Of a stretch of DNA of 51,304 nt, positions 36,926 through 50,524 are shown one piece after another. The translations under genes were made by a program, and so were the position numbers. Numbering within the stretch: position 1 is the first letter of the stretch; the number at the start of each line of letters is the position of its first letter. Source of the stretch: Octopus bimaculoides (taxonomy: Eukaryota); contig NC_068985.1 in NCBI RefSeq assembly GCF_001194135.2, positions 67,978,737-68,030,040 of the forward strand. The letters run 5' to 3'. The notes beneath the pieces were generated by a model, which saw only the letters and a program-made list of their open reading frames with translations, was not told the origin of the DNA and ran no database searches.

Positions 36926-37501
36926 CATCATCAGCAGCACTAGGAATAACAGTTGTAGCGCTAGTAGTAGTACTTTTTATTGTTGTTGCTCTTGTTGTTA
37001 TTGCATTCGTCATCGTCGTTGTTGTTTTTGTTGTAGTACTTAGTAATTATTTTGAGCTCTTTTTCTTATCGTGAATGTATCGGATATTTCTGCATGATCA
37101 TCATCAGTAGCAGTTGTGTTTCTTTTCTTAATTGCCGTAGCCATTGTTGCTGGTGTGGTTACTGTTTTGAACGCAATATTTTAGAAATTTTTCATGGAAT
37201 TGATGTGACTGAGATACAACGTTTATTACGATGAGAGTTCAGTAGAAATGTTATTACGGTTGTATTAGATACAAGTGTTTAAGTGTGGGAGGTAGGCAAG
37301 GGATGATATGTTGCGCCTAATGTAGTTGTAGGTTTGAGTGTAATTGATATTATTAGGTGATAGTGTTCTTGAGGGCATTTATCGATATTTCATGTAAAAT
37401 TCTTAAGATATATGATAGAATAAAGCTTTGAACATAAAACAGCATAAAATATGTGAGTCTTTACACACACTCGTTTACACACACACAACACACATACGCG
37501 T

Positions 37502-37537
<36 letters not shown>

Positions 37538-38504
37538 GTACTTACAAGATATAGAAAATACACACACATACACACACACACACTCACACACACACATATA
37601 CATACATATATACAGATATATGCATAAAATGAGGGCGACCGGTACAAACATATACCATCCTCAGAAGAAATGAATATATTTGCCAGTCTTTAGCTACAGG
37701 TGGAATGTGGGAAATGGATTTGTTTCGCTGGTTTATGAATGGAATCGTGAAGTGATGACGTGTCTTTCCAATAAAGAGATATTAAAGTAATACAGTCATG
37801 AACTTCCGGATTCAATTGCTGCGTACAAAGAAAGAAATATATTCGATATTATTTGTTCATCATTGCGTCTATACAATATGCTGCGCGATGGCATTGCCAC
37901 TGAAGTCTTAAGCGCTGTTAAAGACACCGCTTCAGTATCAAAATAGCGTTTTCGCATAGTGCGATATTAATAAATATTACACAATACATACCATCCAGTG
38001 CAATTCAAAATACACAACTGTTGAATTAACTGAAGAATCTCAATTATTTTGGAAATAAACGAATAATACATAGCTAAAGAATTTTTTCATTTAAGTATAG
38101 GAAAAGAAATTGTAGTTCAGAAGAAACATTTGGGGACATGAAATTATGAAAATGAGTTTAATCTTTACTAAACTAAATGCTTAATATTGACCAACGTATT
38201 TAAAGCAAACGGCAGGCGATCTTATACTTGTTTCAAATCATAGTAGTCACATTATGGGATATTAAATGAAAGGATATGCTACTGTAGTACATCAGAAGTA
38301 ATCGGGAACTAGATATGTAAGTTATTTTGTAAAAACTGATTTTAGTTAGAGTTACATATATACATAAAAGCCAAGAGTAGAAGCACTTTATGGTTTTGCA
38401 AAATACATTCTAAGACACTCAGATTGTAATAAAGATAAGCGCTTATTACTGCAGATGTATATATATATATGTATATATGTACACATACATACATGCATAT
38501 ATCC

Positions 38505-38691
38505 AGGCGTGGTTGCGTGGAAAGAAGCTTGCTTCTCAACCACATGATTCTCTGTTCAGTCCCACTACGTGGCACCTTCGGCAGGTGTCTTCTATTATAG
38601 CTTCTGGCCAAGCAAAGACTTGTCAGTGAATTTGGTAAACAGATACTGAAAAACGTCCGCCGTATATGCGTGTGAGTGTGTGAGTGTGTGA

Positions 38692-38724
<33 letters not shown>

Positions 38725-38940
38725 CGTGCGTACGTGCGCGCCTGTGTTTCTCCCACAACAACCACTTGACAATCGGTGTTTGTGTGTTTACGTCCCCATA
38801 ATTTAGCAGTTCGGCAGAAAGTGACAGATTCAATAAGTACTAGGCTTAACAAAAATATATAAGTACTGGAGTTGATTCAGTCGACTAACAATTCAACGTG
38901 ACGCCCCAGCATGGCTGCAGTCTAAAAACAATAAAAGATA
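38505..38940 (+). mobile_element. tRNA-derived SINE, full length, with internal (GT)n
   Basis: A-box-like ggcgtggttgcgtgg, B box gttcagtccc, body gtggcaccttcggcaggtgtcttct..., internal GT repeat, 3' ...ccccagcatggctgcagtc..aaacaataaaagata. Confidence 0.85.
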
Positions 38941-39043
38941 CAAAAGTAAAGATGTATGTGTATACGTATATATGTATACGTGTGTGTATATATATATATA
39001 CACACGCATACATACATACATTCATACATACATACACACATAC

Positions 39044-39075
<32 letters not shown>

Positions 39076-39864
39076 GCGAACGCATCAAAAATATATAGAA
39101 TATATAGATAATTATTGCTCACACCAGAGCACTATATAAAATCTTGATATCATAGAAATGATACGATATGCATATACGAATATAATTAAGCAGACAAAAA
39201 CAAAATCAGGAAAGCGAGAATTAATAGTAGTTCATCCTATTTGAATATATTCGAATCTCATATATTCATAGAGAATAGCGAGGAAGCTCCGAACAGTCCT
39301 TCGTGAGAATTCATCATGGATACGTAAATAGATATTCAGTAAATACGTACACACACGCACACACATCTATGGAATAACTTGAAACGGTCGTACTGTATAA
39401 CTAGTTGATATCCTGTTGCTTATTTTGATTATATATATTTTTATGACATCCACATGGTCGGGTAGGTTGAAAAATGAAATGTATACGCGGGAAATGTATG
39501 TGCACATTGGGATATGACGGTGAATTTTTCAGTGGGTACGTATCGTTTATATATTAATGGTATATTCTACTGAAGTTCGCAAAATAATTTTTTGCAGAGC
39601 GTGAAATATCGAGTTATAGATTTATCTAACATTTTTTGTATTTTCTTGTCCATTCCTTCGCGTTCGTACCTGGTTGAATGTAGAGAATAAATTTTAGAGA
39701 GGATTGTAAGTATTTGACATCTACTTCTAGCATTGGCAATGGTCATTTCCAGTAGCCCTTTACTATAATTATATTTTTATAGTTATATACGTAAAACTAT
39801 TAATGTTAACTCTACGGTCATTTTTATGTGCTCTGTCACTGATAAATCGTTATCTTAAAAGTTC

Positions 39865-39931
<67 letters not shown>

Positions 39932-40313
39932 CATGTGTGCATATGTCTAATGATATTACTGTTTAATAATTTACAGTAATATCAGAATATCAGTGGCTAG
40001 CATGAGAAAAAGAACCATTAAGTAAACATTATCGATAATGAGTAGCACAACATGTAGCCCCTGCATGCTACAGAGAGCAGTCAAAATGACTCAGAATCAC
40101 AGTTTTCCGACCGAATTCGCTTGTATACAAGTGAAAACTGTGGTTTTGAGTTGTTTTAACTGCTATTTTTGGAACGCTCGTGCTACAAGTAGTAACTTTC
40201 ATTACTTATATGTGTGTGTGTGTCTATCTATGTATATATACAAGCATACATACACACACACATATATATAGCTGTATATATACATATACGTATACATTAT
40301 TATATATACATAC

Positions 40314-40367
<54 letters not shown>

Positions 40368-41244
40368 NNNNNNNNNNNNNNNNNNNNNNNNNNNNNNNNN
40401 NNNNNNNNNNNNNNNNNNNNNNNNNNNNNNNNNNNNNNNNNNNNNNNNNNNNNNNNNNNNNNNNNNNNNNNNNNNNNNNNNNNNNNNNNNNNNNNNNNNN
40501 NNNNNNNNNNNNNNNNNNNNNNNNNNNNNNNNNNNNNNNNNNNNNNNNNNNNNNNNNNNNNNNNNNNNNNNNNNNNNNNNNNNNNNNNNNNNNNNNNNNN
40601 NNNNNNNNNNNNNNNNNNNNNNNNNNNNNNNNNNNNNNNNNNNNNNNNNNNNNNNNNNNNNNNNNNNNNNNNNNNNNNNNNNNNNNNNNNNNNNNNNNNN
40701 NNNNNNNNNNNNNNNNNNNNNNNNNNNNNNNNNNNNNNNNNNNNNNNNNNNNNNNNNNNNNNNNNNNNNNNNNNNNNNNNNNNNNNNNNNNNNNNNNNNN
40801 NNNNNNNNNNNNNNNNNNNNNNNNNNNNNNNNNNNNNNNNNNNNNNNNNNNNNNNNNNNNNNNNNNNNNNNNNNNNNNNNNNNNNNNNNNNNNNNNNNNN
40901 NNNNNNNNNNNNNNNNNNNNNNNNNNNNNNNNNNNNNNNNNNNNNNNNNNNNNNNNNNNNNNNNNNNNNNNNNNNNNNNNNNNNNNNNNNNNNNNNNNNN
41001 NNNNNNNNNNNNNNNNNNNNNNNNNNNNNNNNNNNNNNNNNNNNNNNNNNNNNNNNNNNNNNNNNNNNNNNNNNNNNNNNNNNNNNNNNNNNNNNNNNNN
41101 NNNNNNNNNNNNNNNNNNNNNNNNNNNNNNNNNNNNNNNNNNNNNNNNNNNNNNNNNNNNNNNNNNNNNNNNNNNNNNNNNNNNNNNNNNNNNNNNNNNN
41201 NNNNNNNNNNNNNNNNNNNNNNNNNNNNNNNNNNNNNNNNNNNN

Positions 41245-41302
<58 letters not shown>

Positions 41303-42124
41303 CACACATATACTTACTTTGCGTTATATTGATAAACGGTGACGAGTGAAAATACTGTAAATAATAATTATAACCTTTAAGCTTATAATCGTTCACCGGT
41401 TTTGGTTATTGAAAATAGTCTAATATTGGGGCATATAAGCCCTAAACGGCAGAAAATGAGAATTTTACACTAATTTCTACAGTTCAATAATCGAAAGTGG
41501 AATGGAAATAGAAATTTATCAAGTAGCTAATCATGTGACTCTTCTGAAATTACATTCATGAAAGTAGAATCTGGCATAATTTTAGTACGAAGGGGAGTCA
41601 GAAAGTAAAGCCATTTTGTTTAGGACAGGTAAATTTACCAATACAGGAACATGTATCATACATCAAAATGAAGCTGGTCCTCTGTGGATCACATCCCCAC
41701 TTCTCAACATAGTCATCGTTTCTCTCAATAGCAATGTCCCACCTTCGAATGAGAGGATGGATCCCTGCCCCGTAATCTTCTACTGACTGTTCTTTGAGCC
41801 ACTTCTTCACTACCTCCACACTCACCAGATTTAGCGCCTTCAGACTATCATCGCTTCGGCCCCATGAAAGAATGTTTCAGGTAAACGTTATACCAGTGAC
41901 GAAGAAGTGAAAACTGTAGTGAAGAAGTGGCTCAAAGAACAGTCAACAGAATTTTACGGAGCAAGGTTACATGCTCTCATTCGAAAGTGGAGCATTGCTA
42001 TTGAGAGAAACGGTGACTGTGTTGAGAAGTAGGGATGTTATCCACAGAGGACCACTTTCATCCTGATGTATGATACATGTTCCTGTGTTGGTACTTATAC
42101 CTGACCTCAACACAATGGCATTAC

Positions 42125-42177
42125 AGTTCTATATTTAAGAAATGAGTAATTATGTACATTATTTACATTATTTACAA
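42125..42177 (-). mobile_element. Inverted terminal piece of the hammerhead-bearing element, cut by a gap
   Basis: tacattatttacattatttaca is the reverse complement of the tandem (t)gtaaataat motif seen at 43146-43163. Confidence 0.55.
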
Positions 42178-42648
42178 NNNNNNNNNNNNNNNNNNNNNNN
42201 NNNNNNNNNNNNNNNNNNNNNNNNNNNNNNNNNNNNNNNNNNNNNNNNNNNNNNNNNNNNNNNNNNNNNNNNNNNNNNNNNNNNNNNNNNNNNNNNNNNN
42301 NNNNNNNNNNNNNNNNNNNNNNNNNNNNNNNNNNNNNNNNNNNNNNNNNNNNNNNNNNNNNNNNNNNNNNNNNNNNNNNNNNNNNNNNNNNNNNNNNNNN
42401 NNNNNNNNNNNNNNNNNNNNNNNNNNNNNNNNNNNNNNNNNNNNNNNNNNNNNNNNNNNNNNNNNNNNNNNNNNNNNNNNNNNNNNNNNNNNNNNNNNNN
42501 NNNNNNNNNNNNNNNNNNNNNNNNNNNNNNNNNNNNNNNNNNNNNNNNNNNNNNNNNNNNNNNNNNNNNNNNNNNNNNNNNNNNNNNNNNNNNNNNNNNN
42601 NNNNNNNNNNNNNNNNNNNNNNNNNNNNNNNNNNNNNNNNNNNNNNNN

Positions 42649-43016
42649 AATTGATGTATCAATACCAGCAGATGACAACGTTTCCCTAAAAGAAATGGAA
42701 AAACTTTCAAAATACAAAGACCTGAATGTGGAATCTAAAAACAGAAACAATTCCTATCATAGTAGGTGCCTTAGGTATAATAAAAAAATATTCAGACACA
42801 TACATAACAAAAACACCAGGACTTACAAATATATATAACATACAGAAAATTGCACTACTGGGCACTGCACACGTCCTACGCAAAACACTTTCAATACAGT
42901 AACCATAAGAGCATCACAGCAAACCACAGCACGTACCCAAAGCACACAGAGCTGCGCTCGGTCGTTAAGTGAAAGCACGTTATAAAAATAAAACTACTGA
43001 ACAATAATAATAATAA
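42649..43016 (+). mobile_element. R4/Dong-like LINE H, 3' end with short (AAT)n
   Basis: IDVSIPADDNVSLKEMEKLSKYKDL; IQKIALLGTAHVLRKTLSIQ*; 3' UTR closely similar to that of G (35640-35760). Confidence 0.92.
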
Positions 43017-43163
43017 CATCGAAAAATACCTTAGGAATGAGAAGCCAGGTTCGAGATTTCCCCAAGGCACCTGATGAAAGCTGGAGGGTATATCAGCCGA
43101 AACGTTTTATAACAACAAACAAGAGGAGGACAAATATCCGTCAAATTTAAATAATGTAAATAA
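43017..43163 (+). mobile_element. Non-coding element carrying a Penelope-type hammerhead remnant
   Basis: Follows the (AAT)n of H; contains CTGATGA..GAAAC; ends in aataatgtaaata just before the duplicated aatggcattac. Confidence 0.65.
43066..43111 (+). ncRNA. Decayed minimal type I hammerhead ribozyme
   Basis: CUGAUGA (43071-77), AA, GCUG-GAGGGUAUAU-CAGC, C, GAAA (43099-102), palindromic AACGUU stem III, triplet GUU. Stem I (ggcac vs ttata) no longer pairs. Confidence 0.55.
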
Positions 43164-43604
43164 AATGGCATTACTTTTTGACTCACACTCGTACGTCTGT
43201 ATAGACGGATTTATGGGGTGGATTTAGAAAGTACTTTGGTGATCAATGTATTCCCTATGTGATTATGAAGATAAAAAAAAATTACCATGATGGAAAAGTC
43301 AGAATACAGGCTGGAATGATAATTACTTATAGAAGAAATGCGAGTAGAGAAAGGAGAAAGGGTAATGATGAAGCGATAAGAAAACGAAACATAAAAAATA
43401 CCAGACACTGTACCGTACGTAAAGTACTAGTACTTACATAGTCTCATATATAGCCGTCACAACATAAAATGAAACTAGGAGGAACACCAGTTCACAATAT
43501 GCTTCCACACAAATGTATAATAATAATATCCATACATGCCATCACGGCGTATACACACATATGCTTGCTCACATGCGCGCACATATATACACATATATAA
43601 TAAC

Positions 43605-43679
43605 CGCAGACATGACTGTGGTAAGAAGCTTGTTTTCCAACCACATGCTTCCAGGTTCAGTCCCATTGAAACGTGCCCG

Positions 43680-43680
<1 letters not shown>
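43605..43680 (+). mobile_element. tRNA-SINE head fragment (family of 38505)
   Basis: gtggtaagaagcttgttttccaaccacatg..ggttcagtccca. Confidence 0.75.
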
Positions 43681-43717
<37 letters not shown>

Positions 43718-43999
43718 AGAGAAAAGATGGAAAAACAGGGAAGATTTGTTTTTCAGGATTAATAAGTATATTAGAGTCATAATAATAAAGATATACAATT
43801 TTGTACAAAATGAGATTTTGTTGTTTGAACATAATTATAGTAGGAACCAGTTTCGCGTTGCTCATCTAGCTATCGGTTGAAAAATAGACATATTGCTAGG
43901 GGGAAGACATATTACTAGGCAAGATTATTGTTTACTCATTTATTTTACTGTAAAGGGGATATAAATTTGTAATTTTTATTTTTGGTGTGTATTTTCCCT

Positions 44000-45230
44000 G
44001 GCTTATATCTTACAATAGAAGGGGCAAAGTCTTTTATTTTTAATATGAGGTCATATTTAATTCTGGTTTATATTTTTGGATAAATGAGGCTCCTTAATTC
44101 AGTCTTACTTGTCCAGAAAGCAATTGGTAAAATGGGAAAATTACAAATTGTGGTTGTAAACGTTCTGGACATTCGTCAATGTGTTGACTGTGATAAATTT
44201 GGCGATATTTTGGGGAGGATATTTGTTGTTTGTATACCGTACATCGCTGTCTGATCCACATTACTTTTTTTCATTGGATGAAATACATTTAGAAGAAAGA
44301 TTATATTTTGATTTGATTGATGTATGCTACTGATATTCAATTTATGATGAATTGCATAAATTACTTTCGAATTAAAATTTAAATTAGGTTTAAATATCAT
44401 GTTCCTTACTAGTTCTTTTTATGCTTTGCCACTAATCCCTATACGATCTTCAAGCAGTACATTCTAAAACATCTCTATGAAAATCGTTGTTTTCAAGCAA
44501 TATGTTATAGTTTATTATTGTGATTTAATTCACTTAAAAAATTTACTAGTTTCAGAAGAAAGGTGTATCTGCTCTCGTAACACGGGAGAAAAATATTGTT
44601 GTTCTATAAATATTGTAGCTTACGTAAACATATCGCTAAGAATTTCACTTTGCACATATAACAATCCGTGGATAAATATTTGAATAGCTAGAGAAAATGT
44701 GTTAGCATTTATCTTGCCATATACACAAGAAACTACATCCGATTATCGTTGGTATAATTTATCCCTATAACATAATAATTCATTTTCTCTACTTCATTGG
44801 AATTCTTCTTGTGAGTGTTTACTCAAATTTCCCAACTGCAGGTATTGTAGCATTGTCATTGTCATGTTTAATATTAACAGTGTTTGACCATTAGCTATAG
44901 TCCTCCTACTGGGAAAATTAAGAAAATAAATTGGTAAAGGTTTGCTTTAATGGATACGTTTAAAGCTGCTTACAATTGACTATACCTCTGACAGACATGG
45001 TAAATGATTGCTACCATTGTCTGACGACAAAAAATAAACGATGTATTTTGACTAAAAGTCCGTGTAGATAATATTTTGAATAAATATTAGAAAAACTGAA
45101 TGTTATATACTGTACCTTATTATTTATGTAAGGATAAAACGTTACCATGTTTACGATTGCTGTTAATTCGGTAGGGAATTCATCGCATTCTGGCAAATAT
45201 GGCAAATATGCCATAGTCAAGAGGAGAGAG
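44000..45230 (-). mobile_element. Decayed L1/Tx1-like ORF2 relic
   Basis: In L1 order on the minus strand: LPECDEFPTEL (cf. SPGPDGFPxEFY), SRRTIANGQTLL (cf. GRxIxDNxxL), ILPKI..TICNF..RSLIYPK. Heavily decayed. Confidence 0.35.
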
Positions 45231-45904
45231 GGAGGAGAGAGAGATAAAGGTGTAAGATAGGAAGTGGTGTGTTATTAAGTCAGCAATGAATGTTACTGAG
45301 ATTTTGAACATGTATCTATCACATCGACTATATTTCACCTTCCATTCTGGAATATGTAATTCCATTTAGCAGATAAAGTAAAATTGTATGTTTGCATAAA
45401 TAATAATACACAGTATGTCAGTGAAGAAGGTACGTTTTTAAAATTGACAACATTTCTTTTTATAACGTAGGAACTGATTTGCTTCCAGAACAACTGGAAA
45501 AAATTTGTTGAAAATTTCTGCGAATCAATGTGATATATTTCATTGTACGGAAGTTATCGGCTCTGCCCCACAAACAGAAGATAACAAAGACTGTCTATTG
45601 GGCAATTTCGTGTTACACAACAGCGAACAGAAAGACAAACTACGTTGTCTGAGAGGTATACATATATCCATCTATGTATATATATATGTATACATTATTA
45701 TATAAATCTGTGTATATATGCGTGTCTATGAGTGAAATATGTCTAAATGTTTAGGTGTATCTCTACAGTTTTTCTATAGAATTTTGAGCCAGTACTGAAT
45801 ATTATGATGTATCGTATACGAATACGTCTGTGTAAATAATGCAATCGAAGTTTCAAAAATAGATAATGGATGAATATGCATATTTCAGAAGTTATATTCG
45901 TGAG

Positions 45905-46235
45905 TAGGCAGTCAAATAGGTAAATAGGTAGGTAGGTAGGTAGGTAGGTTGGTAAGTAGGCAGGTAGGTAGGTAGGTAGGTAAGTATATATGTATGTATG
46001 TATGTATGTATGTAGGTAGGAAGGTAGGTATGTAGGTAGGAAAGTAGGTAGGCAGGTAGGTATGTATGTATGTATGTATGTAGGTAAGTAGGTAGGTAGG
46101 TAGGCAGGCAGGTATATATGTATGTAGATAGGTAGGTAGATTGACAATAAATAGATAAGTAGGTAGGTAAGTAGGTAGGCAGGCAGGTATGTATGTATGT
46201 ATGTATGTATATATGGTGTAGGTAGGTAGGTAATA
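45905..46235. repeat. (TAGG)n/(TATG)n tetranucleotide mosaic
   Basis: Read directly; source of the LPTY/IHTY ORFs. Confidence 0.95.
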
Positions 46236-46509
46236 CGGATAGTGAAACACATACACTTAAGGAGATAGAAGCATATGACCATATATACACACACACTCCA
46301 CATACACGTATACACACAAAGACACATAGTCGTATACGCATATACAACAGGCGTACGTGCATAATCACACAATCAGATATGCGTAGATACACTCAAACAC
46401 GCACACATAAGGAAACAGTGTAATACACACACACACACACACATACACACACAAACACATACATACATACATGCATACATACATGCATTAAAAGTGAACG
46501 AAACCGTAT

Positions 46510-47614
<1,105 letters not shown>

Positions 47615-47624
47615 ATGAATGAAG

Positions 47625-48155
47625 GGGAAGCTGAAGGAGGAGCACAGAGAGGCTGATGTTGGTTTTGCAGTTCGATCTGATAACCTTAAGAAGTTGGAGG
47701 AGCTTCCTGTTCCTATAAATGAACGTCCAATGACTCTATGATCGCACCTGAAAGGTGGGCTGTTTGCTACTCTAATAAGTGCCTATGCACCTACTTAAGA
47801 AAATCCCCAATTCTGATAAAATCATTCTACTGGGGGATTTAAATGCCAGGGTTGGAACATGGAAGTTTCTGGGATGTTTTGACATAGGGAAAATGAATAG
47901 CAAGTGTCTCATGAAGGAGCTTTGCGGTGAACATGGACTTTACATTGCAAGCATTCATTTTATGCACAAAGGTGATCACACATGTGGATGCATCCAAGGT
48001 CTAAAGTTTGGCACTTGCTGGATTATGTCATCATCCACAAGCGTGACATCTATGACATCTGTAATGTCAAATCCTTTCATGGATCAGAATGCTGGACAGA
48101 CCACAGTCTGGTGCGAGCAAAGTTCTGGATGATGATTAGAATGAAAGAGAGAAGA
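47625..48155 (+). mobile_element. RTE-clade LINE, APE endonuclease fragment
   Basis: HREADVGFAV..LISAYAPT..KIILLGDLNARVG..WMHPRSKVWHLLDYVII..CWTDHSLVRAK. Confidence 0.9.
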
Positions 48156-48438
48156 GGGCCAGCTGGCATTCCTCAGCATCTGAATGTCTCTTACATATTA
48201 ACATGTGTCGATTGTTTCTCCCGTTGGCCAGAAGCCATTCCAACAGTGAATATTTCTGCTGAATCAGTTGCTTGAACTTTTGTCTCTCACTAGATTGCTC
48301 GCTTTGGTGTTCCAACGAAAATAACTACTGATTGTGGACACCAGTTTGAAGCCTCCTTATTTCGTGAGTTGTCACAAGCCCTGGGTGTTCATCATATTCG
48401 TAGGACCAGTTACCATCCAGTCTCCAATTGGATGGTCG
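48156..48438 (+). mobile_element. Ty3/gypsy integrase core (rve) fragment
   Basis: GP...YILTCVDCFSRWPEAIP..AESVA..ARFGVPTKITTDCGHQFEASLF..LGVHHIRRTSYHPVSNWMV; ends at a gap just before the catalytic E. Confidence 0.9.
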
Positions 48439-48611
48439 NNNNNNNNNNTACATACATACATACATATATATAAGCACATACGTGCACGCGTGTATAAACA
48501 TGAGTATAAATTTTATCTGATACTCATGTTTATATTTTACTGTCTATTATTCATTATATTACTTTAACCTTATATACATGTGTATATATATATATATATA
48601 TTATCCAAGGA

Positions 48612-49000
48612 TTAAGGAACGGAGTAGATAAAATCCGGGTTACATATATTTCATAACCAACGGAACCTCGGAAGTATTAATTATCCAATTGAGATGTAAA
48701 CCGCAGCTTACTCTTAAGGCCAAGGGTATCTTGATTATATGAAGGCAAGGCCATCTAATATATAGTTAATTTCTCTTCACAATTATATCCCCCACTCAAA
48801 CTGTGCCTTCTATGAATTCTGATCGAATCCTCCGTATGTAAACGTGGGTCTTCTAACGTCAATATAAGCTTCATATAATCAAGTTACCCTTGGCCTGAAC
48901 AGTAGCCTGCGGTTTACACTATCTTGGATAATTACCACTTCCGAGGTTCCGCTCACTGTGAGACATATGCAGCCTGGATTTTATCTATTCTATTCCTTCA
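48612..49000. mobile_element. Foldback/MITE-like element with ~133-bp imperfect inverted arms
   Basis: Arms 48612-48744 and 48869-49000 share tagataaaatcc, cggaacctcggaagt, tgtaaaccgcag, aggccaagggta and cttgattatatgaag in inverted orientation; 124-bp spacer. Confidence 0.8.
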
Positions 49001-49419
49001 TTATTTGATTTTTTTTGCAGACCCGGAAAATCTGGTTGCCAATCGTGAACTATAAAATAATCTTTTTCATGTAATCGTACTTCAATACAGGAAAAATTCA
49101 CAACCTTCCGCTCAAATAAATCATTATTGTTCCTGAAAGTTGTTTTTCATATTTTCTAAGGAATGCTTGAATCTCACTTACTTCCTACTCCTGGATTGTT
49201 GAAACTTACCTTTATAATATATATATATAGATAGATAGATACATACATACATACATACATACATACGTACGTACATACATACACACCTACATACATACAT
49301 ACACACACACATACATACATACATACATACATAAGTACATACATACATACATACATGCATACATACATACATACATACATTGCTTTGTGGGACCACAAGG
49401 AAAAGATATGTTCTTTTGT

Positions 49420-50492
49420 GGAAATCAGACACCCTGACAGGCTATCTTCCTGAAAGATGCCTTCTTTGATAGTGAACGTTGTTAAGACTCAATTTTCTCC
49501 ATATCACCCTTAAGGAGTAAGTGTGGTGTAATATAGTTGGTCCGGCGTTCAATAGCACTTACTACTGTTGTGGGACTTTGGCTAACCGTAAAGCTTTGAT
49601 GATCCACCTTGATGATCCATTTAAATAAAGTTTGTGGAACGGCTAAACATATAATCCCAAATTACTTGTAAGGCATCCACAAGTGTTTAGTTTGCTTCTG
49701 TTTGTACAGTATAGGTATGGATTTGGTGTGATTTTTTACTGCTAGATTTAACTGTCTATTAGTGGAAGTGGGATGGTCATTTTCAGTGACTTGCTTAATG
49801 CTTAATAATGTCAGCCTACTTTGAGTCATACAGTTTTGATTGATGTATCATTTTACATCTAACGATACGTTTTGCTTCTTCGATTAAATTTTAAATTCTT
49901 TCCGTAAAAATCTAATTCGGTGTGTTCGGAATCCCAGAAATGTTTTAGCCTTCGCATAAAACGGAACTTTGAAAGTCAGATTGAATATATACTTCATATA
50001 ATTATTAAGCTCGTAGCTCCATTGGATGCAATGACTGATCTTCCGATTTGGTCGAAGGAGAGTTACACGTGTAACCATGAAAATTTTGTCTATTCGCCTA
50101 CATTTGTTTTTTCGAAATAGACAATGATCTTTCCTTTGAATTTGTTTTTAATTCTACAATTGTTTTGAAAGGTTATTTAGTTTATTTTGTTTATGTGTGA
50201 AAAGCTACGGCTCCGTGTGTATATAAATTTGTTAGGATATAAGTATCGTTTATATAGATATGCCTTGATATATGTAATGTTTAAAACACTTATGTAGAGA
50301 TAGTCGTATGTGATCATATCACAAGCGGTTTTTCAATTTTTCCAACTTTTGGTATGTTGCCTTCAAAGCAGCAATTACAGACGCCCGAGTATCGGATTGA
50401 CCACCATGGTCACTATGTATGTATGTATGTATGTATGTATGTATGTATGTATGTATGTATGCATGTAAGTAAGTACGTATGTATGTATTATG

Positions 50493-50524
<32 letters not shown>

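Larger units (their letters stand above)
41588..43191. mobile_element. Palindromic mariner-derived MITE-like element (TA TSD), interrupted by a ~1-kb insertion
   Basis: TA|cgaaggggagtcagaaagtaaagccatttt ... aaaatggcattactttttgactcacactcg|TA. The two arms are inverted copies of a mariner 3' end (VVKKWLKEQS..IAIERN.D.VEK). The centre carries PDLAPSDYH (D34D motif). Confidence 0.85.

Noticed and set aside
36528-37074. Poly-T, poly-V, poly-S, VCVC, HTHT and LPTY ORFs here and throughout
   Set aside because: They are translations of di-, tri- and tetranucleotide microsatellites.
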